A stretch of DNA of 64,000 bases from Caecitellus pseudoparvulus (Eukaryota > Protista > Bigyra: Bicosoecida): NCBI GenBank assembly GCA_965644315.1, contig CBFFRQ010000078.1, forward strand, positions 248,001-312,000, read 5' to 3'. Both the position numbers and the translations under genes were made by a program. Of the stretch, positions 61,101 to 64,000 are shown piece after piece. The notes beneath the pieces are model-generated. The model was not told the DNA's origin. It saw nothing but the letters and a program-made list of their open reading frames with translations, and did not search any database. How positions within the stretch are numbered: the stretch's first letter is position 1; each line of letters starts with the position of its first letter.

Positions 61101-64000
61101 CACCATGTTGAAGAGGAAGAAGTGCCGCTTGAGGCGGTCTGGAATGTCGTTGCGCCCCGCGCCGGGGTGGTTCATGGCGCCCACGAACGAGAGGTCCTCG
61201 CAGACCTTGAAGTCTCCGCGGCGCTCGCGGTCGCGGAAGTAAAAGCCAGACGTCTCGATGAGCTGGCGCACGATCTCATTGCAGGGCTGGTCGCCCCACT
61301 GGTTGATCTCGGGCATGGACAGGTCATCCAGGAACACCGTCATGCGCTTGCCAGAGGGCGGCCCGAACGACCGCCCGCCGCGCTTGTCCAGGCTGTCCTC
61401 AATGGTGCCCTGGAAGATCTGGGGCGTCGTCGCGGAGGAGAAGTTGATGCGCTTCAACAGGCGCTTGGACGCGTCAAACGTGGCGAAGAACATGAGCGCC
61501 GTGCTGGTCTTGGCCGTACCTGGGCCACCCACCAGCAGGACCGGCTTGCCCTTGTCCAGGTCGGACTTGGGGTCGTGCAGGGCTTTGATGAGAGCGATGT
61601 GCCGTGTGGAGTCCATGTTTGGCACCAGCAGGTTCGAGAAGTCCAGGGGGTCATCCTTGGTGGGGTAGTCCCACCGGGGCGCTTCCCAGCGCTTCCACGT
61701 GACTGCCCGCGGCGACTCCACATCCACGTACCACTCGAAGATGGTCTCGCCTTCAGCCATGCTGGCAGTGTCAGGCATGGCCGCCGCGCCTCGCTTGCGC
61801 AGGTATGCGTCCATGCGGGCGCGGTCCTCCTCCTCCAGCAACCCGCCAATGCCCCAGGCCAGGCACCACAGGAAGAGCTTCTGCAAGGCGGCAGAGTAGG
61901 CGGCTTCGTCGCCGCGCCCAGGCAGGAGGTTCCCTGCCGCTTGGGCACGGTGCAGGTATGCATCCATGAGGTTCATGACGGCCAGCACCGCCGACACACG
62001 AGAGACCTGCACCGTGGCTCCTTCCTTCGTGCCGCGGTACATGAAGTCGAACAGGTGCCCGTAGTCTGAGTTGGAGGTGTCTGCGTCAGGCAGGTCCTCC
62101 CCTGCTGCCTCCTCCAACAGGCGGTCCTGCTTCACTTGCCCGACGTGGCGCCGGAAGAGGGCGGTAAGGAGGGCCTGGGAGGCAGGGGCTTGCTTGGCAA
62201 TCCACGCATCGGTAACGGGCTTCCAGTCCAGATCCACGTCGGACACGTACACGATGCCAGACCGGGACACTGTCGCAGGGGACGCGTTGCGCAAGTCCAT
62301 GGCTTCGAAGAGCAGGCGGCACTTCTCAGACATGGCGAAGCGGTCGCCGTTCGGCAGGGTGAGCAGCTTGTTGTCGTCCATGACGGAGTTCAGGCTCTCG
62401 ATCCACATCGTGTCCACGGGGCCATCCATGATGAGCCATGAGATGTACGCGTTGTCGCGGCGGTTGGCACGCTCGAAAATGGAAGAGAAGATTCCCACCG
62501 TCCACTCCCCAGTGTTGATGTCCGTCTCACCGTACAGCTCTGTCTCGGCGACTGACTTCGGGTTCATGCGGGTGATGCGGTACTGCTGGCCGTCCTTCTC
62601 CTGCAAGGCGCGAGCCAGCGTGTTGAAAATGGCACTCTTGCCGCCACCTGAGGGACCGATGACCATGAGCGCATGTCGCACCAAGTTGGTGTCATTCAGC
62701 TGCTTCACCTTGGAGACCCAGCTGCTCCACGGCACCAGCTGCGTCGTGCGCAGAGCGGACTCGATGTACGGCAGCAGGTCATCGGTGGCACCCTCGGCTT
62801 GCTCGGCAACACCAGGGAAGAGGTCCCGCAGCATGCTCAGGAACAGGGGCACATCCTGAGCCACCAGCTTGGACAGGTTCATGTCACGCAGGGTGCGGTA
62901 CAGCAGGATGTACTCATCCACGTCCAAATTGTCTCGCTTGGTGGCACCGGCAGTGCGCAGCACGGATAGGATGTTTCGCAGGCCGAAGTCATAGTGGCGC
63001 TGGTTGGACAGCTGCTGGGAGGCGATGAAGTACGCCGTGAAGAACTTCTTGGACAGCTGGGAGAAGAGGGAGTACCCAGCCGTGACCAGCTTCACCTTGA
63101 TGATGGCCTCGCGGTCGGGCACCATCATGGCCACGGAGCGGAACAGCGCCTTCAAGTTCTCAGGCAGCTCCTGGCGCCCAGCGTAGCCGGGGTTCATGGT
63201 GATGTAGAAGCCGCAAATGGGGTTCAGCGTCACGTAGTTGGGCAGGCCCGTGTCTCGCGTCAGGGCAGCGGCGTCGCCAGGGAAGGCGAACTGCTTCGCG
63301 CCCGCACGGCGTGCGTTCAACACCGCCTGCACCTGCTGTGCCACCACGGACAGCACAGGCAGGGTGATGCGGTTGAACTCATCGAAGCAGCCCCAGAGAC
63401 CAGCCTGGCACAGGCCCTTGAAGATCTTGGCACAGTCAGTGTACCGCATCTCGGAGGAGCAGTTTGTGACGACGACGTACAGGCCCAGCGTGCGCCCCAT
63501 GTCCTTCACCGTCTCCGTCTTGCCCGTGCCAGCGGGGCCTGCAGGCGCCCCGCCGAAGTACATGGAGTATGCTTGAGCGAGGGTGATGTAGCAGCGGTCG
63601 GTGAGCTGTGTGATGACGAGGCGCTCCTTGCAGCCGAGGTACTCGTACTGGTACTTGAAGTCCACGTCAGTGACGGAGATGACAATGGAGCCGTCGGGGG
63701 ACACGTCATCCCCTTCATCGGCACGGGAGTAGAAGCGGCACTGCTTCAGCCAGTCGAACATGTTGGGGGACAGGGTCATGCCACGGTTGGCCTTGAGGGT
63801 CTCCAAGAAGTCGTCGATGATCTGCGTCTGGTGCACTTGGATGGTCACGAGCGTCTCGATCTTGATGCGGTTCAGCTTGGAGCCGAGGTCTGTGAGGCAC
63901 CAGCGGGACAAGTCAGCCTGCACGCCGTCATGCTTGGCCTTGACGCCCTTGAGCGCGCCCCGGCTGCCAACTGCCAGCGCTGCCTCCATGTCTGATGTCC
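55197..64000 (-). CDS. DNAH5: Axonemal outer-arm dynein heavy chain, gamma type (DNAH5/DNAH8/ODA2-like), 5' truncated by the window edge
   Basis: Four P-loops GPAGTGKT, GPSGGGKS, GGPGTAKT and GVGGSGKQ. YEYLGCKERLVITQLTDRCYITLAQA and the GTAKT variant in AAA3 are characteristic of gamma-type chains. Stalk and C-terminal HWILRGVA are present. Confidence 0.93.
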   Translation of the reverse strand, partial: TSDMEAALAVGSRGALKGVKAKHDGVQADLSRWCLTDLGSKLNRIKIETLVTIQVHQTQIIDDFLETLKANRGMTLSPNMFDWLKQCRFYSRADEGDDVSPDGSIVISVTDVDFKYQYEYLGCKERLVITQLTDRCYITLAQAYSMYFGGAPAGPAGTGKTETVKDMGRTLGLYVVVTNCSSEMRYTDCAKIFKGLCQAGLWGCFDEFNRITLPVLSVVAQQVQAVLNARRAGAKQFAFPGDAAALTRDTGLPNYVTLNPICGFYITMNPGYAGRQELPENLKALFRSVAMMVPDREAIIKVKLVTAGYSLFSQLSKKFFTAYFIASQQLSNQRHYDFGLRNILSVLRTAGATKRDNLDVDEYILLYRTLRDMNLSKLVAQDVPLFLSMLRDLFPGVAEQAEGATDDLLPYIESALRTTQLVPWSSWVSKVKQLNDTNLVRHALMVIGPSGGGKSAIFNTLARALQEKDGQQYRITRMNPKSVAETELYGETDINTGEWTVGIFSSIFERANRRDNAYISWLIMDGPVDTMWIESLNSVMDDNKLLTLPNGDRFAMSEKCRLLFEAMDLRNASPATVSRSGIVYVSDVDLDWKPVTDAWIAKQAPASQALLTALFRRHVGQVKQDRLLEEAAGEDLPDADTSNSDYGHLFDFMYRGTKEGATVQVSRVSAVLAVMNLMDAYLHRAQAAGNLLPGRGDEAAYSAALQKLFLWCLAWGIGGLLEEEDRARMDAYLRKRGAAAMPDTASMAEGETIFEWYVDVESPRAVTWKRWEAPRWDYPTKDDPLDFSNLLVPNMDSTRHIALIKALHDPKSDLDKGKPVLLVGGPGTAKTSTALMFFATFDASKRLLKRINFSSATTPQIFQGTIEDSLDKRGGRSFGPPSGKRMTVFLDDLSMPEINQWGDQPCNEIVRQLIETSGFYFRDRERRGDFKVCEDLSFVGAMNHPGAGRNDIPDRLKRHFFLFNMVAPSIQSIDDLYGQMLHGRFKPEEFSAEALGVVDNLTSATIDLWRLVKQRMLPTPAKHHYIFNMRDLSRVFQGILLTPKASILTGGLATPSKNEALNLLKLWHHECARVFSDKLINNADKQWYNSVMDRIMTALFGEDARAAVAGPSETGSDFVNFLRDAEVDPETDEVLEEAPLIYEDGGSLANIRERVEMFMAKHNTDHPAFTLELVLFDDALRHLVRITRIMATPGGSALLVGVGGSGKQSLARLAAYICRATLRRIQLTKSYGLNQLKEDLKEMYKLAGHQRQSVAFLFTDTQIRSESFLEAINSLLMTGEVSGLFTKEEMLQMTGELRQDFLEARPGMEDNPDNLRQYFFDLARDNLHVVLCMSPVDPRFRERARKFPGLISGCTIDWFLEWPEEALVAVSRGFLSEFPLDTDAATKEAVIAHMGFVHTSVNTVCDEYVASSKRRVYQTPKSYLSFIRNFKHLYSEKIAELREKESRVNKGLAKLEKGAEDVEAMKHILAEERRNVEAATAAANEKLTSVDVQSKQAQRESEVVARIKADCEAEAERISRERDACQADLAKAQPFVVQAEEAIASISRKHVQEITMLSKPPDVIRVVMDGVLILFQMPLVPLKLTELSVQRQPVEFITPSWAAALQMMAETRFVENIKEFERDRVLNEEMVELLTPYTEWYLYDPEVAGGGSVAARGLCVYVRAMRSYFLASKIVKPKLEALEIAEAQLDQANRALADAQSKEEQSRSRLAGLKAEFDGAVAHREEVEKHAQTLQRRMEQASSLIQGLDEEKVRWMEDSNTFADVKRRLVGDCAVACAFVSYLGAFNQPFREYLIADKFVGDCKRRGIAVTGDLSVSDFLVDISTIGDWNLDGLPTDTLSVENGILVTRSTRYPLLVDPQGQALHWIKNKERASLPVWETTALNSARLKHDLKETMQWGKTMIVVGVEENIDPMLDPVLEKQVITSAGGLVKQINVADDLLDYSDDFKLFFITRLPNPHFSPELQAKTTVVDFTVTQSGLEEQLLGRVVTHEERALEDLLQQVLEDANDNTKALMTLDDQLLSTLTTQETDLLENEELVDVLANTKAKSQEVKEKLAAADTTRHSIKEKREVYRPVATRGAVLYFAIVEMSLVNVMYQTSLAQFITLFMKSMQVAEKATVAAKRVQKIIDTLTELVWRYINKGLYEADKLLFVSIITIKILVTDGILNQGDVGLFLRGGAALEMSTISKRKPEWIKEDDVWKNVIALSQGSAFFRTLPDDILRNELAWAQWFNSAEPEESEVPEYQMRMQENKDTGAWLRLLLIRAMRVDRTLLVMRHFVRATEEMGPRYVEPVTDTIESVYESMDCSTPVVFLLSVGSDPTDSIEHLAKRKKQSLASVSMGQGQEQVAERELAKAAVNGTWVLLQNCELALELMNSMEGRLHDMVDSMHEDFRFFITALPHKDFPLGLLQMSTKVTQEPPSGLRAGLLRSYRTIIDQDRLERIDTPSQALMWRKLMYGLAFMHSIVQERRKFGALGWCVPYEFNTGDLSASLTFLEKHLYGGPISWKTLQFMIAEVQYGGKVTDDMDRRLLATYVDRWITPGILKDDFQFTPASPLSRFESEYAVPDSMDMDYYRQYILAWDDIDPPEVFGLHPTADLSFRNREAAAFLGTLADTQPTVSSGAGASSGAASGGADAMQAEITQRSADYEKRLPDHTVYKDENVIRALSERGRGGLAVPLNIFAFQETQRLFAVIDQVKNMLENIAAAQRGDVVITSELQDAMTAIYSARVPHSWVYTATADEFSWRAPSLSNWFESLTRRDAQMRDWLAEGRPPAFWMTGFFNPQGFLTAMKQEVTQAHRSAGWSLENMEYIGSVTEYAEADQVMKPPAEGVFVYGLHMDGAQWDADERALAESGKELFPRVPVMHVSAMPKVEAAERLKTMNRGSATAYLCPVYKYASRTDLHLVFCVHIPSRLPASHWILRGVAMTCNPH

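Noticed and set aside
55207-63995. Many long + strand ORFs opposite the dynein gene, and similarly opposite tubulin (18901-20337) and other genes
   Set aside because: Antisense shadow ORFs caused by high GC3 codon bias; no independent motifs.

Overview
Gene-dense, GC-rich (coding ~60-68% GC) eukaryotic nuclear DNA with short GT-AG spliceosomal introns (mostly 64-79 nt). It most likely comes from a flagellated protist; a heterotrophic stramenopile is plausible, but that is inference. I can support about 21 protein-coding genes. Flagellar set: CFAP141-like, BBS2, a LisH+TBCC RP2-like protein, a divergent alpha-tubulin, an ODA docking-complex-like coiled coil, and the 3' part of an outer-arm dynein gamma heavy chain. 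Others: NIT2, a PPR protein, a gankyrin-like ankyrin protein, PDCD2L, NOT4, a Pumilio/PUF protein, TIM21, an 8.6-kb intronless NO VEIN-like GHKL-ATPase/DUF3883 nuclease gene, a secreted DUF4185/DUF5005-like protein, a PX-WH2 protein, a very long FIG4-type SAC phosphatase and a NEPRO/RMP1-like gene. I found no rRNA, convincing tRNA, CRISPR or intact transposon. The most striking unexplained structure is a ~2.6-kb non-coding, low-GC island (7059-9646) between two convergent genes. Inside it, both GC and AT strand skews flip sign, while all other convergent gene pairs here are only 7-29 nt apart. It is a candidate repeat-free centromere and/or fixed replication origin.
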